DNA from: Thermodesulfobacteriota bacterium
Lineage (GTDB): Bacteria > Desulfobacterota_D > UBA1144 > Nemesobacterales > Nemesobacteraceae
Length of the DNA: 64,000 nt
NCBI GenBank assembly: GCA_965202785.1
Contig: OZ241855.1
Span: forward strand, 1,056,001-1,120,000
Reading direction: 5' to 3'
The notes under the pieces were generated by a model. The model worked only from the letters and a program-made list of their open reading frames with translations. It searched no databases and had not been told where the DNA came from. Below are positions 29,201-40,000 of this stretch, piece after piece; the stretch's first letter is position 1; the number at the start of each line of letters is the position of its first letter. Made by a program: the position numbers and the translations under genes.

Positions 29201-29857
29201 ATGACTCACCGAAAACTTGGCTATGAGTTCAAAGATCCCTCTCTGCTTGAAACGGCGCTTACCCACAGTTCATATGCAAACGAGCTCTCATGCCCCAGCA
29301 ACGAGAGACTTGAGTTTCTCGGGGACGCGCTGCTTGGATGCGTGGTTAGCGTGCTGCTTTACGAAAAATACCCTTCATATACAGAGGGAGACCTCTCGAA
29401 AATCAGAAGTCGGGTGGTAAGCGGTGCGAATTTTGCGAAATACGCCGAGATGCTGGGCTTGGGAGAACAGATAAGGCTTGGAAAGGGCGAAGAGAGCACC
29501 GGGGGGAGGGAAAGGGAGTCAAACAACGCAAATGCTTTTGAAGCACTTATAGGGGCGCTGTATCTTGATGCGGGCTACGAGAAAGTTTTCGAGATGGTGT
29601 CTCGACTGTTTCGAGACGCTATTGAGGAAGACGATTTTCCCCGCGACAGCAAGACGCAGCTCCAGGAAGTTTCCCAGAGCGTTTTCGGAAAAACGCCCGA
29701 GTACAGGGTTCTGAGCGAAGAAGGTCCTCAGCATGAAAGGACTTTTACGGTAGAGGTCAGAATTTCTTCCGATCTGGCGGGTACGGGCAAGGGCAGAAGC
29801 AAGAGGCAGTCCGAGCAGTCCGCGGCGCGCGATGCGCTCAGGAAGCTTGGATATTAG
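29201..29857 (+). CDS. rnc: Ribonuclease III
   Basis: NERLEFLGDA, FEALIGALYLD, C-terminal dsRBD. Confidence 0.97.
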   Translation: MTHRKLGYEFKDPSLLETALTHSSYANELSCPSNERLEFLGDALLGCVVSVLLYEKYPSYTEGDLSKIRSRVVSGANFAKYAEMLGLGEQIRLGKGEESTGGRERESNNANAFEALIGALYLDAGYEKVFEMVSRLFRDAIEEDDFPRDSKTQLQEVSQSVFGKTPEYRVLSEEGPQHERTFTVEVRISSDLAGTGKGRSKRQSEQSAARDALRKLGY

Positions 29858-29860
29858 GTT

Positions 29861-31276
29861 TCAATTCTTTTCTATTCCCAGGTCATTTATTTTTTTTGAC
29901 AGGGTGTTTCTGTTTATTCCCAGTATCGCTGCCGCCTGTTTCATGTTTCCGTCAGTTTTTGCGAGAATGGTTTTGATTAACTGTTTTTCAACTTTCCCGA
30001 TTACCTCTTCGTGGACGTTGTGCAGGGACAAGTCCGAATTCTCTACCATCATGCGAACAAGTTCTTCGGTCTTCCTCTCCGCCGTTTCCGTTTCTCCGTA
30101 GCTGGTTTGCGAATCGATGGCTTCTTTTGTCTCCTCACCGCTTATTATGCTGTCGGGAGTTAAAACCAGAAGACGTTTTATAGTGTTTTCAAGTTCTCTT
30201 ACGTTTCCGGGCCAGCTGTGACTTACTAGTAACTGCTCCGCTTCGAGGGAGAGCACCTTTTTCTCGGTGCCGAATTCAGCTGAGTGCTTCTTCAAGAAGT
30301 GTTGAACCAGTTCCTTTATATCCTCTTTTCTTTTCCTGAGAGGGGGCAGGTTTATGCTTATGACGTTTAGCCTGTAAAACAGGTCCTCTCTGAAAGAACC
30401 TTCCGTGACGGCATCTCTTAGGTTTTTATTCGTGCTCGCGATTATTCTAGGGTCAACAGAGACAGGTTTTTCACTGCCTAGCCTATAGATCTGTTTTTCC
30501 TCGATGGCCCTTAAGAGTTTTGACTGCAAGTCGGTTGAAAGTTCCCCTATTTCGTCTATGTGAAGGGTTCCGCCGTCGGCTTCTTCAAATCTTCCTTTCT
30601 TTAAGGCGGTGGCGCCGGTGAAGGCTCCCTTTTCGTATCCGAACAGTTCACTTTCGATGAGTTCCTTGGGGATTGCGGATATATTTACGGATACCAGTCT
30701 TTTCTTTCTTCTCGGACTGTTATAATGGATGGCTCTTGCGATAAGTTCTTTCCCGGTACCGCTTTCTCCTGTTATCAGCACGGTGATGTTTTTGGAGGCG
30801 GTGCGACCGATAAGCTTGTATACGTTCAGCATGTCGGGTGAACTGCCGACTATTTCTTCGAACGAAATACTTTCCTCGGAATCCTGAGACAGCCTTATTT
30901 CTCTCCCGGCCTCATAGTTTTTTATGGCCCGTTCGGCAAAGAGTTTTACCTCTTCTAGGTCAAAGGGCTTGGTCAGATAATCATAGGCGCCGAGCTGTAT
31001 TGAATCTATGGCGTTGCTGACGGTGTTCTGTGCGGTAATGAATATTATGGGCGAGTCGATTTCTCTGTTTCTAAGCTGGGTGAGAACCTCAAACCCGTTC
31101 ATATCCGGCATGTTTATGTCAAGAAGAATCAGGGAGTATGGATCCTCGCATGCTTTTCGGACGGCGTCCTCCCCGTTTTCAGCGCACTCGATTTCAAAGC
31201 CCGATTTCTTAAGGGATGTCTCGAGTATCCACCTGATGTCTTCTTCGTCGTCGGCTATTAAAATACGATTTTTCAT
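29861..31276 (-). CDS. ntrC: Sigma54-dependent response regulator, NtrC-type
   Basis: Receiver domain, GESGTGKE, GAFTGA, WPGNVRELEN, Fis HTH; next to glnA/glnB. Confidence 0.88.
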   Translation of the reverse strand: MKNRILIADDEEDIRWILETSLKKSGFEIECAENGEDAVRKACEDPYSLILLDINMPDMNGFEVLTQLRNREIDSPIIFITAQNTVSNAIDSIQLGAYDYLTKPFDLEEVKLFAERAIKNYEAGREIRLSQDSEESISFEEIVGSSPDMLNVYKLIGRTASKNITVLITGESGTGKELIARAIHYNSPRRKKRLVSVNISAIPKELIESELFGYEKGAFTGATALKKGRFEEADGGTLHIDEIGELSTDLQSKLLRAIEEKQIYRLGSEKPVSVDPRIIASTNKNLRDAVTEGSFREDLFYRLNVISINLPPLRKRKEDIKELVQHFLKKHSAEFGTEKKVLSLEAEQLLVSHSWPGNVRELENTIKRLLVLTPDSIISGEETKEAIDSQTSYGETETAERKTEELVRMMVENSDLSLHNVHEEVIGKVEKQLIKTILAKTDGNMKQAAAILGINRNTLSKKINDLGIEKN

Positions 31277-31339
31277 AATCTGGTTTCTCTAGGTTCCAAG
31301 TTGCGATTGCGTTGTCTGTCCCCAGAGGCTGATAATTCT

Positions 31340-32440
31340 CTAGCTTGCCGGGAGCTGTATCTTGAATTCGGAACCTGTTCCTTCTGCGCTCTCCGCGGTA
31401 ATTATTCCTCCGTATTTGGCTATTACCTGGCTCGATATGAAAAGCCCAAGCCCGCTTCCCTTCCTCTTGCTTGAAAAAAACGGGGTGAATATTTTTTTCA
31501 GGTCTTTTTTCTGTATGCCGCTTCCGTTGTCCTTTACCGATATCATGACGGTGTGTTTATTGCGTATCTTGTAATCCGTCACCCATCTTGTGCTGACCGT
31601 TATCTGCCCGTTGTCCTTGATCGAGCTCACGGCGTTTTGAATGATGTTTATAAACACCTGTTTGAGAGAGTTGTAGTCCCCTGGTATGGGAGGAATGGTA
31701 ATGTCGAGCTTGTGTTTGAATTTTATGTTTTTACGAAGATTCGATTCGAGAAATATTATGTCAATCAGAATCTCGTTTATATCCACCGACATCAGATGCT
31801 GCGTTGATACCGATGAGGGTTTGACGAGCCTGTCGACCAGGTCTTTCAGTCTCTCCACTTCCTTTATTATTATCTTGGAACACCGGTTTTTCTCTGTTTT
31901 TGACAACGTGCCTTTTAGAAGCTGTGCCGCCCCCTTTATGCCGCTTAGAGGATTTCTTATTTCGTGCGCGAGCCCTCTTACCAGGGTTTCGTAATTTTCT
32001 TCGAGGCTGCAGTTTCTGCTGATGATGGACATCATGTTCATTTTTTCAGTGTTTCTTATCTGTATTACGAGTCCGCTCATTTTCCCGTCGTTTCCGTGTA
32101 TGGGAGATGCCGTGCATTCCACGTTGATCGACGAGTCCTTTGATATGCGGAAAAGCAGGTCGTTTTCCTGCACAACCCTTTCCTCGTCCACCGCCCTTGA
32201 GCAGAGGTTGGTTATTTCTTCAGGCAAAAACCTGGAAATATGCTCTCCGACGGTTTTTCGCCTTGAGATATTGAGTATGGTCTCAGAAGGCTCGTTAACG
32301 GAGATTATATTGAGATCCCCGTCGGCTATTATCACTCCCTCGGGAAGGGAATCCAGAAGATTCCTGTAGAACATTAGATGTTTCTGCAGTTCTATATCCG
32401 TAACTATCTTTCTCGCGGTTGCGGTCGCCTGTTCTCTCAT
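31340..32440 (-). CDS. ntrB: PAS sensor histidine kinase, NtrB-type
   Basis: LAHEIRNPLSGIKGAAQLL; start reassigned to ATG 32440, which overlaps the hom stop (ATGA) and has an SD. Confidence 0.88.
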   Translation of the reverse strand: MREQATATARKIVTDIELQKHLMFYRNLLDSLPEGVIIADGDLNIISVNEPSETILNISRRKTVGEHISRFLPEEITNLCSRAVDEERVVQENDLLFRISKDSSINVECTASPIHGNDGKMSGLVIQIRNTEKMNMMSIISRNCSLEENYETLVRGLAHEIRNPLSGIKGAAQLLKGTLSKTEKNRCSKIIIKEVERLKDLVDRLVKPSSVSTQHLMSVDINEILIDIIFLESNLRKNIKFKHKLDITIPPIPGDYNSLKQVFINIIQNAVSSIKDNGQITVSTRWVTDYKIRNKHTVMISVKDNGSGIQKKDLKKIFTPFFSSKRKGSGLGLFISSQVIAKYGGIITAESAEGTGSEFKIQLPAS

Positions 32441-33738
32441 ATCTCCTCTATCCTTATAAAGATCGCGTCGGCAACGGATGTCATGGATTTTTCTATCCTC
32501 CCAAGCGCTTTTCTGAGGCTTTTCTCCACCGACTCGTGGGTCATTATTATGATGGGAACCTCCCCGCCGTTTGTTTCCCTTGTCTGCTGAATTATGGACT
32601 CTATGCTTATTCCGCACTTCCCGAGAATCGTGGTTATTTTCCCGAGCGTGCCCGGCTTGTCCTCGACCTGAAATCTGAGGTAGTAGCGTCCCGAAAGACT
32701 ATCGGTGCCGACAAGAGACCTGTGCCCGGCGTCTTCCGCGTAAAGCATGGGAGGAGCAGGCTGCGAACCATTTTGGGCAGTTTTCGCGATTGAAACCAGA
32801 TCGCCCACAACGGCGCTTGCTGTCGGGAGCATCCCGGCCCCCATTCCATATAGCATCGTCGGACCTACTTTGTCTCCCACGATATGGATTGCGTTAAAAG
32901 CGTCTTTCACATCGGCAAGCTGAGTATTTTTTCTTATAAGGGCCGGATAAACCCCGGCCTGTATGCCCGAGTCGGTTAACTTGGCGATGGCGAGCAGTTT
33001 GATCTTGTAGCCGAGTTGCTCGGCGAAGCTTATATCGGTCGAGGAGATGTTTCTTATCCCTTCGACGTATATGTTCTCGAATTTCGGAAAGAATCCGTAG
33101 GCAAGCATTATCAGGATCGACAGCTTGTGCGCGGCGTCAATGCCGTCTATGTCAAACGAGGGGTCAGCTTCTGCGTATCCCTCTTTCTGGGCGCGCTGCA
33201 GCATTTCGTCAAACCCTTTTTTCTGCTCCGACATGTTGTGGAGTATGTAGTTGCACGTCCCGTTCATTATTCCGTGTATGGACAGAATGTTGTTCGCGAC
33301 ATAGCTTTCGTGCGTCGCCTTGATTATGGGTATTCCCCCTCCGACGCTTGCTTCAAACGCCACGTGAACTCCGTTTGCGGCCGCTTCCCTGAAAATTTCG
33401 CCGCCGTGGTGGGCCAGAAGGGCCTTGTTCGCGGTTACGACGTTTTTTCCGCTCCGTATCGCGGCCAAGACCAGTTCTCGCGCTGCCGTGGTTCCGCCGA
33501 TAAGCTCGATTATTATCGAGATGCTCTCGTCGTCTATGAGCTCGCGAGCGTCGACGGTGAAAAGTTTTTTCGGGATTCTTACCGGGCGTTTTCTCTTTAT
33601 ATCGATATCGGCTACTTTCTTAATCCCGAGCCTTATCCCGGTCCTTTTTTCTATTATGTCTGTGTTTTCGCTTATCGTTTTATAAACTCCGCAACCTATG
33701 GTTCCGGCGCCTATAAGACCTATGTCTACGGAATTCAT
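32437..33738 (-). CDS. hom: Homoserine dehydrogenase with ACT domain
   Basis: GAGTIG, VVTANK, EASVGGGIP, NGTCNYIL, GYAEADP. Confidence 0.96.
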   Translation of the reverse strand: MNSVDIGLIGAGTIGCGVYKTISENTDIIEKRTGIRLGIKKVADIDIKRKRPVRIPKKLFTVDARELIDDESISIIIELIGGTTAARELVLAAIRSGKNVVTANKALLAHHGGEIFREAAANGVHVAFEASVGGGIPIIKATHESYVANNILSIHGIMNGTCNYILHNMSEQKKGFDEMLQRAQKEGYAEADPSFDIDGIDAAHKLSILIMLAYGFFPKFENIYVEGIRNISSTDISFAEQLGYKIKLLAIAKLTDSGIQAGVYPALIRKNTQLADVKDAFNAIHIVGDKVGPTMLYGMGAGMLPTASAVVGDLVSIAKTAQNGSQPAPPMLYAEDAGHRSLVGTDSLSGRYYLRFQVEDKPGTLGKITTILGKCGISIESIIQQTRETNGGEVPIIIMTHESVEKSLRKALGRIEKSMTSVADAIFIRIEEI

Positions 33739-34023
33739 CCGGCAATCTCCTTTTCCCTAACGCGTAAAAATAATGCGTAAAAATAAGATTATACATAATT
33801 CGCTCTACTAATGGCAGAAGGGCCGCTTTCATATAACGCACTCTCCGCGGACCGGAAACTCTTCGGATTGATTTTCTCTCATAATAAATTATAGTACAGA
33901 CTGGTTCTTTTTAACCGACTGGTCGTATCTTTATCGGCGTCACCGCGAAGGAGGAAGGTGGGTGAAGTCCTTAAGCGAAGTTAACGGAATTTGCGGGCGT
34001 TGTGCCCCGTGCCCCGAAAAATC

Positions 34024-34034
34024 GGGGGGGGGGG
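34024..34034 (+). repeat. Poly-G11 tract immediately before the ATG of the giant surface protein
   Basis: c-G11-t-ATG(34036). Confidence 0.9.
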
Positions 34035-34035
34035 T

Positions 34036-37000
34036 ATGAGAACCCGCGGACCGTTTCCGCCGTTTTCTTCCCCGGCCGCATCCTTCGGGGACCGCGGGCG
34101 GCCTGACTCTTCCTACCGGCCCGGGCGGCCGGGTCTTTCGAAATTCTTATCTTTCCCCCCACAGCATTTCGCGGCGGCGCTTCTCGTTCTGCTCGCCCTT
34201 TTTGTGGGCGCGCAGCCTGAAACTGCGCGCGCCCAGTCAAGCGTGCTGGTGAGCAACATCGCTCAGACGGGAGAAGTCGGTATACGTAACGTGGGGAGCG
34301 GCGGAGGCCTTGCCCAGGCTTTCACGACCGGCGACAACGCCGCGGGATACGCCCTGGAAAGCATCCAGGCTGGGGTAATGGCGGCAGAGCACGTAGCCCA
34401 GCTTACAGTAAGCCTCTACTCCGAGAGCTCGGACGTGCCGGGGTCCTCCCTCCAGACCCTGACGAATCCGACCCCGTCTTCGACCGGGGAGCAGACGCTT
34501 GAATTCACGTCGCCCGGGGGAAGGATGCTTGCGGCCAACACGACATATTTCGTGGTCTTCGAATGCGGACACCAAACCTCCTTCTGCGCCAAGATGCGGC
34601 GAACCAGCTCTGACGCGGAAGACGCGGGCGCGGCGTCGGGATGGAGCATAGGCGACGGAGGTCATTCATACAGCGGCACTCGATGGAACTTGTTTACCCA
34701 CGCGATCAGGATCGGGGTGAAGGGCAGCGCTAAGACTGCGGCGGCCAACACCGCGGCCATGGGAACGCCGACGATTTCGGGGACGACGCAGGTGGGAAAA
34801 ACGCTTACGGCGGTTACAACCGGGATTTCAGACACCGACGGGCTGGACACTGTCGCCTGGATGTACCAGTGGATGCGCGTGGACTCGGACGGCACGTCGA
34901 ACCCCGTGAACGTCGGGACTGACTCCGAGACCTATGAGATCCAGTCTGCCGACCTGGGCAAGAGGCTCAAGGTGCGGGTGAGTTTCAGCGACGATGTCGG
35001 CAACCAGGAGACGCTGACCAGCGCCGCGACCGGCACGGTGACGGCACCCGTCCCTGAAATCACCATCGCGCGGCAGGCGGCGTCGGTGACCGAGGGAACC
35101 GCGGCGCGATTCACGGTGAGCGCGTCTCCGGCGCCCGTGGTCAACCTGGACGTGAGCCTTGGCGTCGCCGACGCGGCCGGCCTCGGGGACTTCGTCGCGT
35201 CGGGAGACGAGGGCTCGAAGATGGTTACGATCAGCGCCGGAGCCGCGAGCGCGACCTACAGCGTCCCCACGGTCGGCGACGCCGTGGACGAACCCAACGG
35301 CAGCGTGACGGTCTCTTTAGGTACGGGTACGGGGTACACGCTGGGTACGGCCGCCAGCGCTTCGGTGACTGTGAACGACAACGACGCGGAACCGTCCGTG
35401 AGCGTAACGCGGCCGTCGGTGACTGAGGGGAACATGGGCACGGTGACGCTTGACTTCGTGGTGAGTCTGAGCGGGCTGAGCGCCTATCCCTACCGCTGCA
35501 ACACTCTGGATGAGGACAGCCGGACCACGGCGACGCCCAGCACGGACACCGTGACCGGGGACTACGAGCCGAAGGATGACAATACCCTGTCCTTTCTTAC
35601 ATCCCAGACGCTTACCTTTTCGGTGACGGTGAACGGAGACACCGTGAGCGAGAGGAACGAGAAGGTACTGGTTCGGTGCCGGCGGGGCACCCTGGCCGGC
35701 GTCACGATCTCGGGCACGATCACGGACGACGAACCGATAACGGCGAGCATAACGGCGGGCACTTCCCCGGTAACCGAGGGGACGGCGGCGGAGTTCACGA
35801 TAAAGCTTTCGAAGGGACCGCCTGGCGCGGTCATGGTGAAGTACACGGTAGCGGAGGCTTCAGGCAGCGATTTCGTGGCGACGGTGAATGAAGGGGAAAA
35901 GATGGTTAGCTTCACCGCCGCACCGGGGGACACCAGTCCCCAGAAGACGGTCAACGTCCCCACGGTGAACGACAGGCAGGTAGAGGATCCCGCCGCGGTA
36001 ACGGCGACTCTGGCCGCGGGCACGGGCTACACAGTCGCTTCGGCTCCGAACAACGCCGCTTCCGTAACTGTAAACAGCGAAGACACCAACGCCTCGCCCG
36101 TGATCGGCGGTTCGAGTGCGTTTAGCGTGGATGAGAACGATACCTCCGTGACTAGGATCACCGCCACGGACGCGGATTCGGACGACACGGCAAGGGCGTA
36201 CTCCGTCAGCGGCGGGGCGGACGCGTCGAAGTTCGAGATTTCAAGCTCCGGGGCGCTCGCGTTCAAAACGGCGCCCGACTGGGAGAATCCGACCGACGTT
36301 GCGAGTATGAGTCCCCAGGACGGCGCGGGCAACAACGTGTACGTGGTGACGGTAAGGGTGACGAGCGGGACGGGAGGGCGCTCTCTCTCGACCGACAAGA
36401 CGCTCAAGGTAACGGTGGATGACGTGGATGAGCCGCCGGGGGCGCCGTCGCCGATGATCACGACTTCGACACCGAGAACTCTCGCCGTGGAGTGGACGGC
36501 GCCGACTAACACGGGGCCGGCGATAACGGATTACGGCGTGCGGTACAGGAAAGGGTCAAGCGGCAGTTTCACCGACCATTCCCACAGCGGGACGGGCCTT
36601 ACAACGACTATCACGGGTCTTGATCCGAACTCGAGCTACCAGGTGCAGGTGCGGGCGACCAACGCGGAGGGCAGCAGCGCTTGGGCCTCTGGCCAGGTAA
36701 CGGGCATGACGGCCATGGACCGCCCTCCTGTCCTGACGGTGACGGATACGACACCCTCGGTGGCGGAAAACGAGACTGCCGTGCCGACTACGCTTTCCGC
36801 GGCCGACCCGGACATGGGGGACGGGATAACGGGCTGGAGCCTCGGCGGGGCGGACGCGTCGAAGTTCAGTATCTCAGACTCCGGGGCTCTCACGTTCAGC
36901 CCGGCGCCCGACTACGACAGGCCCGCGGACGTTTCGAGCACGAACCCGCAAAACAATGCGGCCAACAACGAGTACATAGTCACTGTTATCGTGAAAAGCG

Positions 37001-40000
37001 GCGTTACGGGGCGGGAACTCTCCGACAGCGAGACTCTCACGGTGACGGTGACGAACGTGCCCGAGGCGCCGGGAACGCCTTCGCCGACGGTCACGGCCTC
37101 CACCCCCACCACCCTTGATATTGCGTGGGCCAAACCCGCCAACAATGGACCGGAGATCGATGATTACGACGTGAGGTACAAGCTCGCCTCGGCCGACGAC
37201 AGCGCCTTCGTGAACCTTGCGAGCCACGCGGGGACGACCAAGGTGACCACGAGGACGGCGACGATTACGGGTCTTACCCCGAGCATGGAGTACGTGGTGG
37301 AAGTGCGGGCGAGGAACCCGGAGGGGGACGGCGCGTGGGGCTCCGTTACGCGCGCGACGCTTGAGGACAACGCTCCGACCTTCGCCGCCGGAACCCCCAC
37401 GGCATTTACCGTGAATGAGAACGATACCGAGGTGCATGAGTTTGAGGCAAGCGACGGCGACCCCGGGGACATGGTGCTCAGCTACGGGGTCAGCGGGCCT
37501 GACGGGGAGAAGTTCGATATCACTGACCAGGGGGCGCTTACGTTCAAAACGGCGCCCGACTACGAAAATCCGACTGACGATGGGAGGAACAGGGTGTACA
37601 ACGTCACGGTTACGGTGAACAGCGGCGTTACGGGCCGGACGCTCGCCGCGAACCGGCCGATCACCGTCAGGGTGAGGGACGTGGCCGAGGCGCCGGGCGT
37701 TCCGTCGCCGACGGTCACGCAGCGCAGACCCAAGACTCTCACGGTTGCGTGGGATGAGCCCGCGAACACGGGTCCCCCGATAAATGATTACGACGTGCGG
37801 TACAGGAAAGGGAGCGGCGGCGGCTACACCACCCTGACCCACAACGGGACGGCGAGGGAGGCTCTGATCACGGGGCTTGAGAAGGGGACGAGCTACGAGG
37901 TGGAGGTGCGGGCCAGGAGCCTCGAGGGCAGCAGCGACTGGGGTTCCGTGACAGTCGACACGGATGGCTTTGAGATAACGGTGACGGCCGGAGTGGAATC
38001 CCTGGAAGTAAGCTGGCCCGGGGTTACGGGCGGCAATTTCCAGAGGGTAAGGTGGAAGGTGCAAGGCGCGTCAGACCAGACAAGGACTACTGAGATTTTT
38101 TATGACACCACCACCCGTTCCTACACAATCCCCTCCCTGAGTCCTGGCACTGCGTACGAAGTGGAAGTGTCGATCCGCAGAACACCGCCCCTTGTCGTTC
38201 TCGGCGAGGATGTGGCGACGGGGACGCCTCTCTCGCCCCCCGTAGCGGAAAACAACCTGGCCATGGGAACGCCGACGATCACGGGGACCGCGCGGGCCGG
38301 GGAGACGCTTACGGCGGATACCTCAGGGATCATGGACACAGACGGACTTACGCTCGTAAGCTACACGTACCAGTGGCTTCGCGGGGATCCCGGGACATCG
38401 AATCATGCGAACATCTCGGGCGCCTCGGGCTTTCAATACCTGGTAGGGGCCAACGACGTGGGCAAGACGCTCCGTGTTCGCGTAAACTTCACGGACGATC
38501 TCGGAAATCCCGAGACGCTTACAAGCGGTCCGACCGCGACTGTGACTCTCGCGCCCGGGGTGACGGTAGACCCGCCCTCCCTGAACGTGGATGAGGACGG
38601 CGGCATGGGGACTTTCACCGTGGTTCTCAACACGAACCCCGGCGCAAGCGTAACGGTATCCCTCTCTTCCTCCGCCCCGGCGGCGGCACGGGTATCTCAC
38701 TCCCAGCTTATCTTCACCTCCTCTAACTGGAGCAGTCCTCGGACGGTTACCGTGACCGGCGTTGACGACAGCGTCGACAATCCCGGCAACCGGCGCGTAG
38801 CGAAGATTCGGATGACTTACAGCTCGTCAAGCAGTGATTATAGCCAGTCCGCGGTGCAGGACAGGGTGACGGTGAACGTGATTGACGACGAAACCGGCGG
38901 TGGGGGCGGCGGCTCGTCTCCCAACCGCCCGCCGGTCTTCCCGTCAGGTGCCACGGCGCAGACGGCGTATGTGGATCAGGAGTTCATCTACACCGCCCCG
39001 GAGGCGACCGACCCCGATGAGGACCCGATAGACTATGCGGCGGCGCTTCGGGACGGGAGCGCTCTGCCCGGGTGGCTTTCCTTCGACGAAGCGACGCGGA
39101 CATTCTCCGGCACGCCGGAGGCGGGAGACGCTCCCGCCCTTTTTGACATCGAGGTGACGGCCTCTGACGACGGTAGTCCCGCGCTCAGCGCGGCCACCGC
39201 CTTCACCCTTACGGTGGAAGAGTGCAGGGTTTCCGACGTGAGCGGAGAAGACGAGAGCAGCTTGGTGGAATTTGTGGAATGCGCCGCGCGGAGAATCGCG
39301 GCCTCTGACGCTCTGGGGGGGACCCTTGCCCTGCTTGAGCGGTTTCGGGACCCGGAAGGAAACTGGAATGACGGAAGAACCTATCTCGTGTTGCTCACCG
39401 AAGAAGGCGGGGTGTACTTCCACGCGGCCCGGAGGGAGTCTGAAGACCGGGACTGGTCTGCTCTTCCGTGTGCGGAGGGAGGGGGCGTGACTGATATTGA
39501 GGTCGGGGAGGGATGCCCGGTCGGCGGCGGAGGCTACGCTCACCGGTTTTCGGCTTCCCATGTTCCGCTGGCCAACGGAGAGAAGGAGTTTCTGCTGCTG
39601 GGCGGCTTCGGCGGATCTTCTGGAAGGGAAACTCTCTCGGGAGACATAGCAGACCCGTCAACGGAAGCCGGGGATGTGGCGAGCGACGGAGAACTGATGG
39701 AGTTTGTCGAGGACGCTAAAGAGTCTTTAGAGATGGCGATTGGAGATGATGCGGACCCCTCAGGGATTCGGGCGACGCTTCGGGACGGGGAAGGACCGTG
39801 GAAGGCCGGGGAGGTCTACGTCTACATCATGGATGAGGAGACTGGGAGAGTGATATTCGACGGAGGAGACAGGGAGAAGGAACAGACGGAGGCCCTCTAC
39901 AGGCTTGCCGCGCTCGGCAGGGTCGCTCAGTACAGAGAGGGTTCTTCGCTCCTTAGGGGTTACGCCGTCAGGGTGAACGCGGGCGAGGATGAAGCAAGCC

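Noticed and set aside
33850-34020. Possible riboswitch or operator (repeated GACTGGT) upstream of the adhesin
   Set aside because: No riboswitch consensus recognised; the repeat is too short to support a call
36080-37960. Recurring DNA repeats that could suggest CRISPR or a DGR
   Set aside because: They are degenerate in-frame cadherin/FN3 domain repeats; no spacers, cas genes or reverse transcriptase
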